From Candidatus Aldehydirespirator sp. (GTDB lineage Bacteria > Actinomycetota > Acidimicrobiia > Acidimicrobiales > Aldehydirespiratoraceae): DNA of 64,000 nt. The translations under genes were made by a program, and so were the position numbers. The stretch spans positions 2,028,048-2,092,047 of the forward strand of contig OZ241894.1 in assembly GCA_965203575.1 (NCBI GenBank), given 5' to 3'. The first letter of the stretch is position 1, and the number at the start of each line of letters is the position of its first letter. Shown one piece after another: positions 37,822-47,449 of the stretch. Under the pieces are notes generated by a model. That model did not search any database, was not told the origin of the DNA, and saw only the letters and a program-made list of their open reading frames with translations.

Positions 37822-38075
37822 CGATCGACTGGATCGGCCTAGGGCAAGCGCCAACATGCACACCGCCGCCCCGCCGACTGGATCGGCCCGGTCCGTGCAC
37901 ACCGGCGTCCCGCCGACTGGATCGGCCCGGTCCGTGCACACCGGCGTCCCGCCGACTGGATCTGCCCGGTCCGTGCACACCGGCGTCCCGCCGACTGGAT
38001 CGGCCCGGTCCGTGCACACCGGCGTCCTGCCGACTAGATCGGCCTAGGGCAAGCGGCAATGCACACCGGCGGCGA
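37822..38075 (+). repeat. 39-bp tandem repeat (about 5.5 copies) filling the khtT-antiporter spacer and containing the antiporter start codon
   Basis: (g/a)tgcacaccggcgtcccgccgactggatcggcccggtcc units. The terminal variants gatcggcctagggcaagcg.caa(c)atgcacaccg flank the array. Confidence 0.9.
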
Positions 38076-39228
38076 CCTGCTGGTCATCGAGCTCGGCGCG
38101 CTCGTGCTGGCCCTAGCGGTCGTCGCTCGCCTGGCCCGCCGGATCGGCCTGCCCGCCCTGCCGCTGTACCTGCTGGCCGGGCTGGTCCTCGGCGAGGGCA
38201 GCCTCTTCGAGATCGACGCCTCGGAGGACTTCATCGAGGTGGGCGCCGAGATCGGTGTCATCCTGATGCTGCTGATGCTGGGCCTGGAGTTCTCCACCCA
38301 CGAACTGATCACCAACGTGCGCCGCTCGACCCTGGCCGGGGTGGTCGACCTCGTGCTGAACTTCACGCCCGGGTTCGTGGCCGGGCTGATCCTCGGCTTC
38401 GACCCGATCGTGGCCGTCCTGCTGGGCGGGGTGACCTACATCTCGTCGTCCGGCATCGTGGCCAAGCTGGTGGCCGACCTCGACCGGATCGGCAACCACG
38501 AGACCTCGGTCATCCTCAGCGTCCTCGTCATCGAGGACCTGGCCATGGTGCTCTACCTGCCGATCGTGTCCGGCGTGCTCTTCGGCGGCTCGGCCCTGAA
38601 CACCACCCTCACCGTCGCCATCTCGCTGGCGGCCGTGATCGGGGTGCTCGGCGTCGCCTACGTACTGGGCGACCGGCTCAGCGCCATCGCCCTGAGCCAG
38701 TCCAGCGAGGCGCTGCTGCTGACCCTGCTGGGTGGCACCCTCCTGGTAGCCGGCCTGGCCGGACGGCTCAACATCTCCACCGCGGTCGGCGCCTTCGTGG
38801 TGGGTGTGGCGCTGTCGGGCGACATCGTCTCGCACGCCCGCGGGCTGCTGCTGCCGCTGCGCAACCTGTTCGCCGCGGTGTTCTTCGTGTTCTTCGGGCT
38901 GCAGGTGGATCTCAGCCTGATACCGGGCGTGGCCGTGGCCGCCCTGGCCATCGCGGCCGCCACCGTCGTCACCAAGATCGCCTCCGGCTGGATCGCAGCC
39001 GCACGGGCCGGTATCGGCAAGCCCGGCCGGCTGCGGGCCGGGGCCGCCCTCATCGCCCACGGCGAGTTCTCGATCGTCATCGCCGAGCTCGGCATCGGCC
39101 GCGAGAGCGACCTCGGCGCGCTGGCGGCCACCTACGTCATCGTCCTCACCCTGGTGGGAGCCGTGCTCTGCCAGTTCTCGGACTCCATCACCCTCCCAGC
39201 CCGCAAACCCCGCCGAGCCCGCGCCTAG
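38059..39228 (+). CDS. CPA2-family cation:proton antiporter (Kef/KhtU-like)
   Basis: A polytopic membrane protein of 389 aa, with LGLEFS and the typical Na_H_exchanger topology. It follows the KhtT-like gene. Confidence 0.8.
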   Translation: MHTGGDLLVIELGALVLALAVVARLARRIGLPALPLYLLAGLVLGEGSLFEIDASEDFIEVGAEIGVILMLLMLGLEFSTHELITNVRRSTLAGVVDLVLNFTPGFVAGLILGFDPIVAVLLGGVTYISSSGIVAKLVADLDRIGNHETSVILSVLVIEDLAMVLYLPIVSGVLFGGSALNTTLTVAISLAAVIGVLGVAYVLGDRLSAIALSQSSEALLLTLLGGTLLVAGLAGRLNISTAVGAFVVGVALSGDIVSHARGLLLPLRNLFAAVFFVFFGLQVDLSLIPGVAVAALAIAAATVVTKIASGWIAAARAGIGKPGRLRAGAALIAHGEFSIVIAELGIGRESDLGALAATYVIVLTLVGAVLCQFSDSITLPARKPRRARA

Positions 39229-39255
39229 AAGCGAGCGCGGATTGATGTGAGGCCT

Positions 39256-39365
39256 GTCGTGTCGCAACGGGGTCACCCCCGCTCTTGTTCGCTGCGCTCA
39301 CGGGCCGCTCGGGCCACGGCCTCGCCCGTATGAGCCGGACTCGCGCATCTATCCGCTCGGCCTCT
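39256..39365 (+). repeat. Copy 1 of a dispersed repeat of about 90-110 bp (R element)
   Basis: cccgctcttgttcgc.gcgctcacgggccgctcgggccacggcctcgcccgtatg.gcc...ccgctcggcctct is shared with 54113-54223. It contains the nested hairpin acgggc..ggccg...cggcc..gcccgt. Confidence 0.8.
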
Positions 39366-39421
39366 AAACCTCCACCAGGCGCAGCGGCCGCGTGGCGGTG
39401 GCAGTTGACTACAATGTCGTC

Positions 39422-39844
39422 ATGACGGTGTTGTCGATCCGGTTCAAGCGGCCGGGTGTCTACGAGCGGCTCAAGCGGGGCGCGGCTCAGCGGGCTGAGT
39501 CGATCTCTTCGGCAGGGGAGCGCCTGATCGACGAGGGACTGCGCATGGACGCCTATCCCGGGATCGTCTTTCGCGACGGGCCGGCCGGCCGGCGGGCCGC
39601 GCTGGATACCGGGCCCGATGTGTGGCAGGTCGTCCCGCTGCTTCGGGGCCTCGAGGGAAGCCTCGAGGAGCGGATCGCGGAAACGGCTGAGCAGCTCTGG
39701 CTCACCGAGAGGCAGGTCCGCGCTGTCAGCCGCTATTACGCCGAGTTCACCGACGAGATCGACGCCATGATCGCAGAGAACGACGAGATTGCCGACCGCG
39801 AGTTGGCCGCCTGGGAGAACGAGCGCAAGCTGCTGACGGGGTGA
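39422..39844 (+). CDS. RHH plus DUF433-like antitoxin
   Basis: MTVLSIRFKRPGVYERLKRGAAQRAESIS is RHH-like. YPGIVFRDGPAGRRAAL.TGPDVWQVV...LTERQVRAVSRYY is DUF433-like. Confidence 0.55.
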   Translation: MTVLSIRFKRPGVYERLKRGAAQRAESISSAGERLIDEGLRMDAYPGIVFRDGPAGRRAALDTGPDVWQVVPLLRGLEGSLEERIAETAEQLWLTERQVRAVSRYYAEFTDEIDAMIAENDEIADRELAAWENERKLLTG

Positions 39845-40221
39845 AGCTCCTCCTCGATGAGATGTACGCCCCCGGCGTCGCGGCCCTGCTGCGGGACTGG
39901 GGACACGATGCCGTCGCGGTCAAGGAGCGTCGCGATCTCATCGGGTTGTCTGACGAGGATCTGCTTAGGACGGCGACGGCCGAAGGCAGAGCGGTGGTCA
40001 CTGAGGATGTGTATGACTTCGCAGCGCTTGACCGGCGCATCTCTGCCTCGGGACAGCATCACCCGGGACTGGTCCTCGCCGACGCTCGCCGGTTCCCTCG
40101 CTCGGCGCGGAACCATGTTCGAGTGCTGGCCGATGCGCTCGCCGCGTTCCTTAGCGAGCACAGCGCCATTCTCGACGATGTCGAGTCGTTCGTATGGTGG
40201 CTCGAGCGACCCGACCGCTGA
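39841..40221 (+). CDS. DUF5615-family PIN-like toxin
   Basis: MKLLLDEMYAPGVAALLRDWGHDAVAVKERRDLIGLSDEDLLRTATAEGRAVVTEDVYDF. There is a 4-nt overlap with the upstream gene. Confidence 0.65.
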   Translation: MKLLLDEMYAPGVAALLRDWGHDAVAVKERRDLIGLSDEDLLRTATAEGRAVVTEDVYDFAALDRRISASGQHHPGLVLADARRFPRSARNHVRVLADALAAFLSEHSAILDDVESFVWWLERPDR

Positions 40222-40379
40222 GGGCCGCTGGTCCCGGATCCCGGCGAGCTCCACCCCATAACCTCCCAAGAGGAATGCCCGTGAACCTCGACCCGTCGCT
40301 CGGCACCGACCCGTCGCTCGGCACCGACCCGCTGCGGACCGCCCCCATGCGGGCCAGTCCCGCCGGTGACCGCCCGCGC

Positions 40380-40772
40380 CTAGACCTCCACCAGGCGCAG
40401 CGGTGTGTGCTCGGCGATGGCTCCGTAGTCCCGGCCAAGGTGCAGCACGGGAAGATCGAGCCGTATGGCCGCCGCCGCGATCAGGGCGTCGACCGGTGAT
40501 CGCACGGTCACGCCGCGCTGCTTGAGCGATCGGTAGATCGTCGCCCCGTCGAGCCAGTCGAGCCGGGGAGCCAGCGGCTCGAGATGCTGGGCCTCCAGCA
40601 GCCGCTGCGTCCGGGCGACACCGTCGCGGCGAGCGCCGGCCATCACCTCAAGCAGGATCGGATCGATCACGACCACCTCCCCGCCGGCTATGGCCTCCCG
40701 CATGCGTCGGGCCTCGGCCGAGCCCGTCCCCCTGAGGAACTCCACCCAGGCCGAGGTGTCCGCCAGCAGCAC
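40380..40772 (-). CDS. vapC: VapC PIN-domain toxin
   Basis: MLLADTSAWVEFLRGTGS...IDPILLEVMAG...DALIAAAAIRLDLPVLHLGRDY shows PIN acidic residues in the canonical positions. Confidence 0.85.
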   Translation of the reverse strand: MLLADTSAWVEFLRGTGSAEARRMREAIAGGEVVVIDPILLEVMAGARRDGVARTQRLLEAQHLEPLAPRLDWLDGATIYRSLKQRGVTVRSPVDALIAAAAIRLDLPVLHLGRDYGAIAEHTPLRLVEV

Positions 40773-40778
40773 TGCGGC

Positions 40779-40991
40779 TCAGCCCGCGAGTCGGTCGGCG
40801 CGCATGGCGTCAAGGTCTCCGTCCCAGCCCGCGCCCTCCATTTCGAGTTGCTCCTCGACGCTCATCGGCCCCCCGCCCAGCAGGCGCTCCAGAGCGAGAT
40901 GCACCGCCTGGCGCTTGGTGCGCAAGCCGAACGCTCGCATGGCCCGTTCCACAAGCTCGTCGTCGATGTCGATGTTGGTCCGACTCACCAC
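40779..40991 (-). CDS. vapB: VapB-type antitoxin
   Basis: (V)[37 protein letters not shown] is the typical MazE/VapB-like start. A GTG start was chosen. Confidence 0.75.
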   Translation of the reverse strand: MVSRTNIDIDDELVERAMRAFGLRTKRQAVHLALERLLGGGPMSVEEQLEMEGAGWDGDLDAMRADRLAG

Positions 40992-41043
40992 ACCATCATA
41001 CACACATAGGTGTATAGCCTGCGTCTGCTCATCCGCTGGCTGC

Positions 41044-41078
41044 TCACAACATAGTAGGTTGTGAACCATGAAACAACC
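41044..41078. promoter_or_regulatory. Operator-like inverted repeats in the vapBC promoter region
   Basis: tcacaac-N7-gttgtga, followed by ggttgt-N10-acaacc, in an AT-rich patch upstream of vapB. Confidence 0.35.
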
Positions 41079-41112
41079 TAGAAAACTATGACGAGGATTT
41101 GAATGCAGCCGC

Positions 41113-42693
41113 TCATCCGCCGGGGTTGCCGTTGAGGCGCCGGGCCAGGGAGAGGGGGTTGTCGTCGCGGACTGCGTCTGGGAGCAGGTCGGGCGGGAAG
41201 TTCTGGTAGCAGACCGGGCGCTGGAACCGCTGGATCGCCAGAGTGCCCACCGATGTTGCCCGGGGATCCGACGTGGCCGGGAACGGGCCGCCGTGCACCA
41301 TGGCGTGGTTGACCTCCACGCCGGTCGGCCAGCCGTTGGCGATCAGCCGGCCCGCCTTGCGCTCCAGCACCGGCACCAGCCCGGCCGCGGCCGCATGGTC
41401 CGACTCAGCCATGTGGATCGAGGCCGCGAGCTGGCCCGGCAGCGCCTCCAGCACGGCCCGCAGCTCGTCCATCGACTCGTAGGAGGCCACCAGGCCGGCC
41501 GAGCCGAACACCTCCTCCTGGAGGTCGGGCGACTCCAGCACCTGGGCTGCGGTGGCGGTGAACAGCACCGGAGCCGGGGCGTTGGCCGACTCCCCGGCAC
41601 TCCCCGAGCACACCCGGGTCGCACCCGCCGCCTCCAGCCGCGACAGGCCCTCGTGGTAGGACTCGCGGATTCCGGCGGTCAGCATCACCTGGCCGGTCTG
41701 GGCGGCCATCGCCGCGGCGATGGCCTCGACCAGCGGCTCGGCCGGCGCGGGCACGAACAGCAGCCCCGGGTTGGTGCAGAACTGGCCCGCGCCCAGCGTC
41801 AGCGACCCCACATAGGCGGCCGCGAAGGACTCCAAATCACCGGCCGCGGCCCCGGCCAGCACCACCTGGGGGTTGATGCTCGACATCTCGGCGTACACCG
41901 GGATCGGCTCGGGCCTCCCCGCCGCGGTGGCCATCAGCGCAGTGCCGCCCGCCTGCGACCCGGTGAACGCGATGGCCTTGATCGCCGGATGGGCGGCCAG
42001 GGCTTGGCCCACCACCCGACCCGCCCCGAACAGCAGCGAGTACACCCCGCCGGGCAGCCCGCACGCCTCGACCGCCGCGGCCACCGCCGATCCGGCCAGC
42101 TCGGCCGTGCCCGGATGGGCGTTGTGGGCCTTGACGATCACCGGGCAGCCCGCGGCCAGCGCCGAGGCCGTATCGCCGCCGGTGGCTGAGAACGCCAGCG
42201 GGAAGTTGCTGGGACCGAACACCGCCACCGGACCCACCCCGATGTGACGCTGGCGCACGTCGGGCGCGGGCAGCGACGCCCGGTCGGGCTGGGCCTCGTC
42301 GATGCGCACCCCCTGGTGCGATCCGAGCCGAACCTCTCGGGCGAACAGCCGGATCTGGCCGGTGGTGCGGCCGTGCTCGCCCTCGATCCGGGCCCGGGGC
42401 AGCCCGCTCTCGGCGCAGGCCCGGTCCACGATGGCCTCCCGCCGGTCGTCGAGTTCGGCCGCGATCCGCTCCAGGAACCCGGCCCGCTCAGCCGGCGACG
42501 TCTCCCGGTACGCATCGAACGCCGCCCCAGCCGCAACCGCAGCCGCGTCCACGGCCGCCTCGGTCACGAACAAGAACTCCGGATCCAGCTCAGCGCCCGA
42601 CGCCGGATCCACGGCCCGGACCGACTCGCCCGAACCAGCGCCGTCCCATCCGGCGATAATCGAGCGCCCTGTCAGCCCGGCCCGTGCCGTCAT
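41113..42693 (-). CDS. NADP-dependent aldehyde dehydrogenase (2,5-dioxovalerate/KGSADH-like)
   Basis: 526 aa. [44 protein letters not shown] matches this ALDH subfamily. Confidence 0.8.
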   Translation of the reverse strand: MTARAGLTGRSIIAGWDGAGSGESVRAVDPASGAELDPEFLFVTEAAVDAAAVAAGAAFDAYRETSPAERAGFLERIAAELDDRREAIVDRACAESGLPRARIEGEHGRTTGQIRLFAREVRLGSHQGVRIDEAQPDRASLPAPDVRQRHIGVGPVAVFGPSNFPLAFSATGGDTASALAAGCPVIVKAHNAHPGTAELAGSAVAAAVEACGLPGGVYSLLFGAGRVVGQALAAHPAIKAIAFTGSQAGGTALMATAAGRPEPIPVYAEMSSINPQVVLAGAAAGDLESFAAAYVGSLTLGAGQFCTNPGLLFVPAPAEPLVEAIAAAMAAQTGQVMLTAGIRESYHEGLSRLEAAGATRVCSGSAGESANAPAPVLFTATAAQVLESPDLQEEVFGSAGLVASYESMDELRAVLEALPGQLAASIHMAESDHAAAAGLVPVLERKAGRLIANGWPTGVEVNHAMVHGGPFPATSDPRATSVGTLAIQRFQRPVCYQNFPPDLLPDAVRDDNPLSLARRLNGNPGG

Positions 42694-42880
42694 GGCTGTC
42701 CCGTCGGCCCTGCCTGTGCAGTCGGCCCGCGCCGTTCCGTCATGGCTGTCCCGTCAGCCCGGCCCGTGCCGTCATAGCTGTCCCGTCGGCCCGTGCCGTT
42801 CCGTCATGGTCGTCATGCCTGTTCTGTCATGCCCGTGCCATTCCGTCATGGCCGTCATGTCTGTGCCGTCATGCTCAACA
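42668..42880 (-). repeat. Degenerate tandem array of the aldehyde-dehydrogenase start region (ATGACGG... repeated about 9 times)
   Basis: The minus strand reads atgacggcacagac atgacggcc atgacggaatggcacgggc atgacagaacaggc atgacgacc atgacggaacggcacggg... atgacggcacgggccgggctgacggg...cc atgacggaacgg...cc ATGACGGCACGGGCCGGGCTGACAGGG (the real start). Confidence 0.8.
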
Positions 42881-42965
42881 TGCACCTCCTCCCCGCCCCG
42901 GACCTCCAGTCCCGGAGCGCGGCACAGGTATAGCCGTCGGCTGTGACAGAGCCCTGACAGAGCCC

Positions 42966-43880
42966 TCACGCCACCATGCTCGCTCGGTGCTCGCTGACGG
43001 TGGTCTCCCACTGCGGCCATGTGGGCCGGGCCTCCTCGGGCAGCACCACGAACGGGACGTCGCCGGCCTGGAGGCAGCCGTTCTCGATGAACTCGGCCTG
43101 CGAGCGCACCTTGCTGCCCGGCGTGGCCGAGGCCGGCGTGGGCATGAATCGGAAGTCGACGCTCCAGCGGCAGTGCCGGGTGGTGTTCTGCTTGCTTCCG
43201 TGAACGGTGAGGTTGGTGAAGAAGAGAGCCCCACCCACCGGCACCGGCGCCGGCACCGGCGTGCCCCGGGCCTCGACGTCCTCGGAGATCCGGACGTTGC
43301 GGTCCTCGCCCCGCATCGCATCCAGCAGGCCCCAGCGGTGACTGCCCGGGATCACCCAGCAGCACCCGTTCTCGAGCGTCGCCGGCACCAGCGGCACCCA
43401 CACGGAGATCATGTGCAGGTCCTCGGTGTGCTTCTCCATCTTGTGCACTTCGGTCTGATCGAAGTAGTGGCTGTCCTGGTGCCAGGGGAACGACGTGACC
43501 GCGCTGCCGGGAAGCTTCTGGCGCAGCGAGGGGCTCGCGATCACCGAGACCTCGCCACCCAGCAGCAGCCCGACCACCCGCAGGATCCCCGGATTGGTGT
43601 ACAGACCGTAGAACTCGGGCCCGAATAGCCCGAAACCCCAGTCCCGCGGCGAGATGCCCTGCTCCTCGCAGATGGCCGCATACCGGCGCTCGAACGGCTC
43701 GTCGGCGTACAGCGACGCCAGATCGCCTCGGGCGTGCTGCTCGGACGCATACCCGTCGACCGCCGCCGCGATGAAGTCCCGCATCGGATCCAGGTCGGCG
43801 TCGTCGACGACGTCCTCAACTACCACGTAGCCGTCACGCTGGTAGCGGTCGACGATCTCCCGGTCGCTCATCTGCACCAT
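42966..43880 (-). CDS. Phytanoyl-CoA dioxygenase (PhyH) family Fe(II)/2OG oxygenase
   Basis: YQRDGYVVVEDVV; FPWHQDSHYF; and HGS in TVHGSKQN. Confidence 0.75.
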   Translation of the reverse strand: MVQMSDREIVDRYQRDGYVVVEDVVDDADLDPMRDFIAAAVDGYASEQHARGDLASLYADEPFERRYAAICEEQGISPRDWGFGLFGPEFYGLYTNPGILRVVGLLLGGEVSVIASPSLRQKLPGSAVTSFPWHQDSHYFDQTEVHKMEKHTEDLHMISVWVPLVPATLENGCCWVIPGSHRWGLLDAMRGEDRNVRISEDVEARGTPVPAPVPVGGALFFTNLTVHGSKQNTTRHCRWSVDFRFMPTPASATPGSKVRSQAEFIENGCLQAGDVPFVVLPEEARPTWPQWETTVSEHRASMVA

Positions 43881-43924
43881 GCGCCACCCCCGAGGCGTCA
43901 CCCGGCTTGGCCCGCCCTTAGACG

Positions 43925-44647
43925 ATGTATATATCATGCATCGAACCGAGGCAGGGGGGTCAACACCGGGTGGGTCCTTCCCGACTAGCGCCGCTAGCGC
44001 GAAAGAACCTGAGCGAGCAGATCATCGACGCGATCCGCAACGCGATCGTGGAAGGCCGCTTCCGGCCGGGCGACAAGATCCCTGAGGCCGAGCTGGCCGA
44101 ACAGCTCGGTGTGAGCCGCACTCCCGTCCGGGAGGCGTTCAAGCTGCTCGAACAGCAGGGCCTGATCGAGATCCGGTCCAAGCACGGCACCTACGTGGCC
44201 AGCATGAACCGGGCCGAGGCCGAGGACGGGCTTCACGTCCGGGCGGCTCTCGAAGTCCTCGCCGTGCGCCAGGCCCTCGAGCGCCTCTCGATCCAGGAAT
44301 GGGACGAGCTCTGCGGCCGGTACGAGGCCATGCTGCAGGACGCCTGGCGGGCCTCCGACACCAGTGACGCCGTCGCCGGCATCGAGTTCGACATCGCCTG
44401 GCACACGCTGCTGGTCGAGTCGGCCGGGAACCAGGCCCTGCTCCGGACCTGGTCGATGGCCGGGCTGTCCAACCTCATCTGGTCGTTCGAGTTCGAGCTG
44501 TACCCCCTCGACGACGTGGCCTTCAAGTCGTGGGTGCTCCGCCACGTCGAGTTCCTGGACGTGCTGCGGGGCCGCAACCCCGACGCCTGCGAGGAGGCCG
44601 TCCGCTCTCACATTCTCATCAAGGTGGACGACGTGGACGACGGCTGA
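43925..44647 (+). CDS. GntR-family (FadR/FCD-type) transcriptional regulator
   Basis: LSEQIIDAIRNAIVEGRFRPGDKIPEAELAEQLGVSRTPVREAFKLLEQQGLIE, plus an FCD-like C-terminus. The start is uncertain. Confidence 0.85.
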   Translation: MYISCIEPRQGGQHRVGPSRLAPLARKNLSEQIIDAIRNAIVEGRFRPGDKIPEAELAEQLGVSRTPVREAFKLLEQQGLIEIRSKHGTYVASMNRAEAEDGLHVRAALEVLAVRQALERLSIQEWDELCGRYEAMLQDAWRASDTSDAVAGIEFDIAWHTLLVESAGNQALLRTWSMAGLSNLIWSFEFELYPLDDVAFKSWVLRHVEFLDVLRGRNPDACEEAVRSHILIKVDDVDDG

Positions 44648-44723
44648 CGGCGTACGGCGTCGACGGCTGACTCCACCGACCACTGAGCACACAACCAACC
44701 ACAACACACCCCAGGGGGAGACA

Positions 44724-46400
44724 ATGTCAGACAGCGAACAAAAGGGAATCGTCAAGCGCACGCTCAGCAGGCGCAAGTTCAACATGATCGCTGGCGGCTC
44801 GGTGCTGCTGGCCGCCTGCGGCGACGGCGACACGGCCCAGCCGGCGGCCACCACCACCGCCGCGCCGGCCACCACCACCGAGGCCGCCCCCGCCACCACC
44901 ACGCCCGCGACCACCACCACCATCGCGGCGACCACCACCACCGAGGCCGGCGCCACGACCACCACCGCCGCGCCCCGGCCCCTCAAGACCCTGCGATACG
45001 GCTATCACGCCGCCACCACGTCCGCCGACACGCTCGACCCCGCCTACCGGACGTCGTCCACCGACGGCCTGTTCCAGACGCTGGTCTCCGAGCAGATCGT
45101 CCGGCTGGACGAGAACCTCACCCCCACGCCGCATCTCGCCGAGCGCTGGGAGACCAACGACACCGGCACCGAGTGGACGTTCCATCTGCGCGACGGGGTC
45201 ACCTTCCACAACGGCAAGCCGTTCGTGGCCGCCGACGTGGTGTACACCTTCCAGCGGCTGCTCGACCCCGACGTGGCCTCTCCGGGAGCGGGTGGCCTGC
45301 CCGGTCTCGAACCCGACGGGATAACCGCGCCGGACGACCGCACCGTGGTCATGCGGCTCACCCAGCCCAACGTGGACTGGCCCGAGGCCATCACCAACTC
45401 CCACACCCGGATCGTGCCCGAGGGCGCCACCAACGCCGATCTGGCCGCCCAGAGCCTCGGCACCGGCGCATACCGGATCGACGAGTTCATACCGGGCGAG
45501 ATCAGCACCGTCTTCGAGCGCAACGAGAACTACTGGCAGCCCGGCTTCCCCAAGGTCGACTTCATGGAGGTCATCGCCATCGGCGAGGCGGAGGCCAGGC
45601 TGGCCGCCATCAGGGGCGGGCAGGTGGACGTCCTGTCGGAGGTCCCACTGGCCTCGATCGCCGATCTCCAGGCCGACCCCGACATCGAGATCGTTTCCAA
45701 CCCGATCGGAAGCTCCTCGGTCGCGTACTGCCAGATCGATGTCCCGCCGTTCGACAACAACCATTTGCGCCTAGCCATCAAGTACGCCACCAACCGCCCG
45801 CAGCACAACGACCTCGTGTACGGCGGACTGGCCCACAACATGAACGACATCCCCCTGCCGGGGTTGATCCGGTTCGGCCTGGGCGGCGAACGCGAGCACA
45901 ACGTGGCCATGGCCAGGGAGCACCTCAGCCAGGCCGGCTACCCCGACGGCATCGACCTGACGCTCACCCTGGCCGACATGCAGGACTGGATGGTGTGGTG
46001 CCCGGTCTGGCAGCAGCAGCTGGCCGAGGCCGGCATCAACATGGAGCTGAACGTGACCCCGGCCGACACCTACTGGGGCGACCAGTGGCTCACCGCGCCC
46101 TTCGCCATGACCGGCTGGAACGTCCGCACCGTCGACCACGGCCTGGGCCTGTGGTACCACTCCGAAGCGGAGTGGAACGAGACCCACTGGCGCAGCGAGG
46201 CGTTCGACGCCGACCTCGCCGCCGCCCGGTCCACCACCGACGAGGCCGAGCGGACCAGGCTCTACCACAAGATGCAGCAGCAGATCATCGACGAGGGCGG
46301 CCACTTCGTGCCCACCATGTACGGCTTCTACAGCGCGGTGCGTGCCGGTGTGACCGGCTGGCAGCCCCGCGGGGTGTACTACACCATCGACGTCCCCTAG
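44724..46400 (+). CDS. ABC transporter substrate-binding lipoprotein (family 5, peptide/nickel/opine type)
   Basis: The RBS GGGGGAG precedes the ATG at 44724. Tat-like SRRKF and lipobox LLAAC are present, then a Thr/Ala-rich linker and an SBP_bac_5-like body. Confidence 0.8.
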   Translation: MSDSEQKGIVKRTLSRRKFNMIAGGSVLLAACGDGDTAQPAATTTAAPATTTEAAPATTTPATTTTIAATTTTEAGATTTTAAPRPLKTLRYGYHAATTSADTLDPAYRTSSTDGLFQTLVSEQIVRLDENLTPTPHLAERWETNDTGTEWTFHLRDGVTFHNGKPFVAADVVYTFQRLLDPDVASPGAGGLPGLEPDGITAPDDRTVVMRLTQPNVDWPEAITNSHTRIVPEGATNADLAAQSLGTGAYRIDEFIPGEISTVFERNENYWQPGFPKVDFMEVIAIGEAEARLAAIRGGQVDVLSEVPLASIADLQADPDIEIVSNPIGSSSVAYCQIDVPPFDNNHLRLAIKYATNRPQHNDLVYGGLAHNMNDIPLPGLIRFGLGGEREHNVAMAREHLSQAGYPDGIDLTLTLADMQDWMVWCPVWQQQLAEAGINMELNVTPADTYWGDQWLTAPFAMTGWNVRTVDHGLGLWYHSEAEWNETHWRSEAFDADLAAARSTTDEAERTRLYHKMQQQIIDEGGHFVPTMYGFYSAVRAGVTGWQPRGVYYTIDVP

Positions 46401-46459
46401 ACGACGGGTCACCTGCCGCGGGTAGAACCCGCCATGAGCCGCATGAGTAGCCTCGGCTA

Positions 46460-47449
46460 GTGCACTTCGTCCGCGTAACCGGACAACGAACTGCGCTGGC
46501 CGTGGTCGCCCTGATCGCGGTCTCGCTGATCACCTTCTGGGCGGTCGAGCTGCTGCCCGGCGACGCGGCCACCCGGATGCTCGGCCGGGAGGCGACCCCG
46601 GAGCGGGTGGCCCACTTCCAGGAGCAGATGAACCTCGACGCACCCGCCCTGGAGCGCTACACGACCTGGATCACCGGCTTCGTGCAGGGGGACTGGGGCG
46701 AGTCGCTGGTGCAGGCCCGGCCCAAGACCGAGGGAGCGCCCGCCGGGCGGATCAACCGGAGCGTCACCGACATCATCGTCCCCCGCCTGACCAACACGCT
46801 GCAGCTGGCCGCGTTCGCCCTGATCATGTACATCCCGCTCAGCCTGGCAATCGGGATCGTCACCGCCGTCTACCGCGACCGGACCTTCGCGGCCGGCCTC
46901 TCGACGCTGGTGATCCTGGGCTGCGCGGTACCCGACTTCGTGATCGCCATATTCCTGCTGGTCATCTTCGCGGTGGCCCTCGAATGGTTCCCCGCGTTGT
47001 CGCTCGTCGACCAGGCCGAGTCGTTCGGGGCCCAGCTCAGGATGATGACCCTGCCCGCGGTGACGCTGACCGCGGCCATGACCGGCTTCGCGGTGCGCCA
47101 GATGCAGGCCAGCCTGCTGTCCGTCCTGAACTCCGACTACGTGCAGTTCGCCACCCTCAAGGGCCTGCCCCGCCGCCGGGTGATGCTGCTGCACGCCCTG
47201 CCCAACGCCCTGGGCCCGGCCCTGCGGGCCACGGTCATCAACGTGGTGTGGCTGGTCGGCGGCGTGGTGCTGGTGGAGGTGGTGTTCACCTATCCAGGTA
47301 TCGGGCTGCTGCTGCTCGACGCGCTGCGTCTGCTGGACACGCCGGTGATCCTGGCCTCGACCATGATCCTGGCCAGCGTCTACATCTTGTGCAACCTGGG
47401 GGCCGATCTGGTGGCAGCCGCATTGAACCCACGCCTGAGGACCGGCTGA
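46460..47449 (+). CDS. ABC transporter permease (DppB-like)
   Basis: The N-terminus ends in FWAVELLPGD. A polytopic BPD_transp_1-like protein. Confidence 0.8.
   Translation: MHFVRVTGQRTALAVVALIAVSLITFWAVELLPGDAATRMLGREATPERVAHFQEQMNLDAPALERYTTWITGFVQGDWGESLVQARPKTEGAPAGRINRSVTDIIVPRLTNTLQLAAFALIMYIPLSLAIGIVTAVYRDRTFAAGLSTLVILGCAVPDFVIAIFLLVIFAVALEWFPALSLVDQAESFGAQLRMMTLPAVTLTAAMTGFAVRQMQASLLSVLNSDYVQFATLKGLPRRRVMLLHALPNALGPALRATVINVVWLVGGVVLVEVVFTYPGIGLLLLDALRLLDTPVILASTMILASVYILCNLGADLVAAALNPRLRTG

Noticed and set aside
37822-38075. Possible CRISPR array (regular 39-bp periodicity). The arrays at 25591-25797 and 42668-42880 raise the same question.
   Set aside because: The units are contiguous with no unique spacers between them, and no cas genes are present. 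These are plain tandem repeats.
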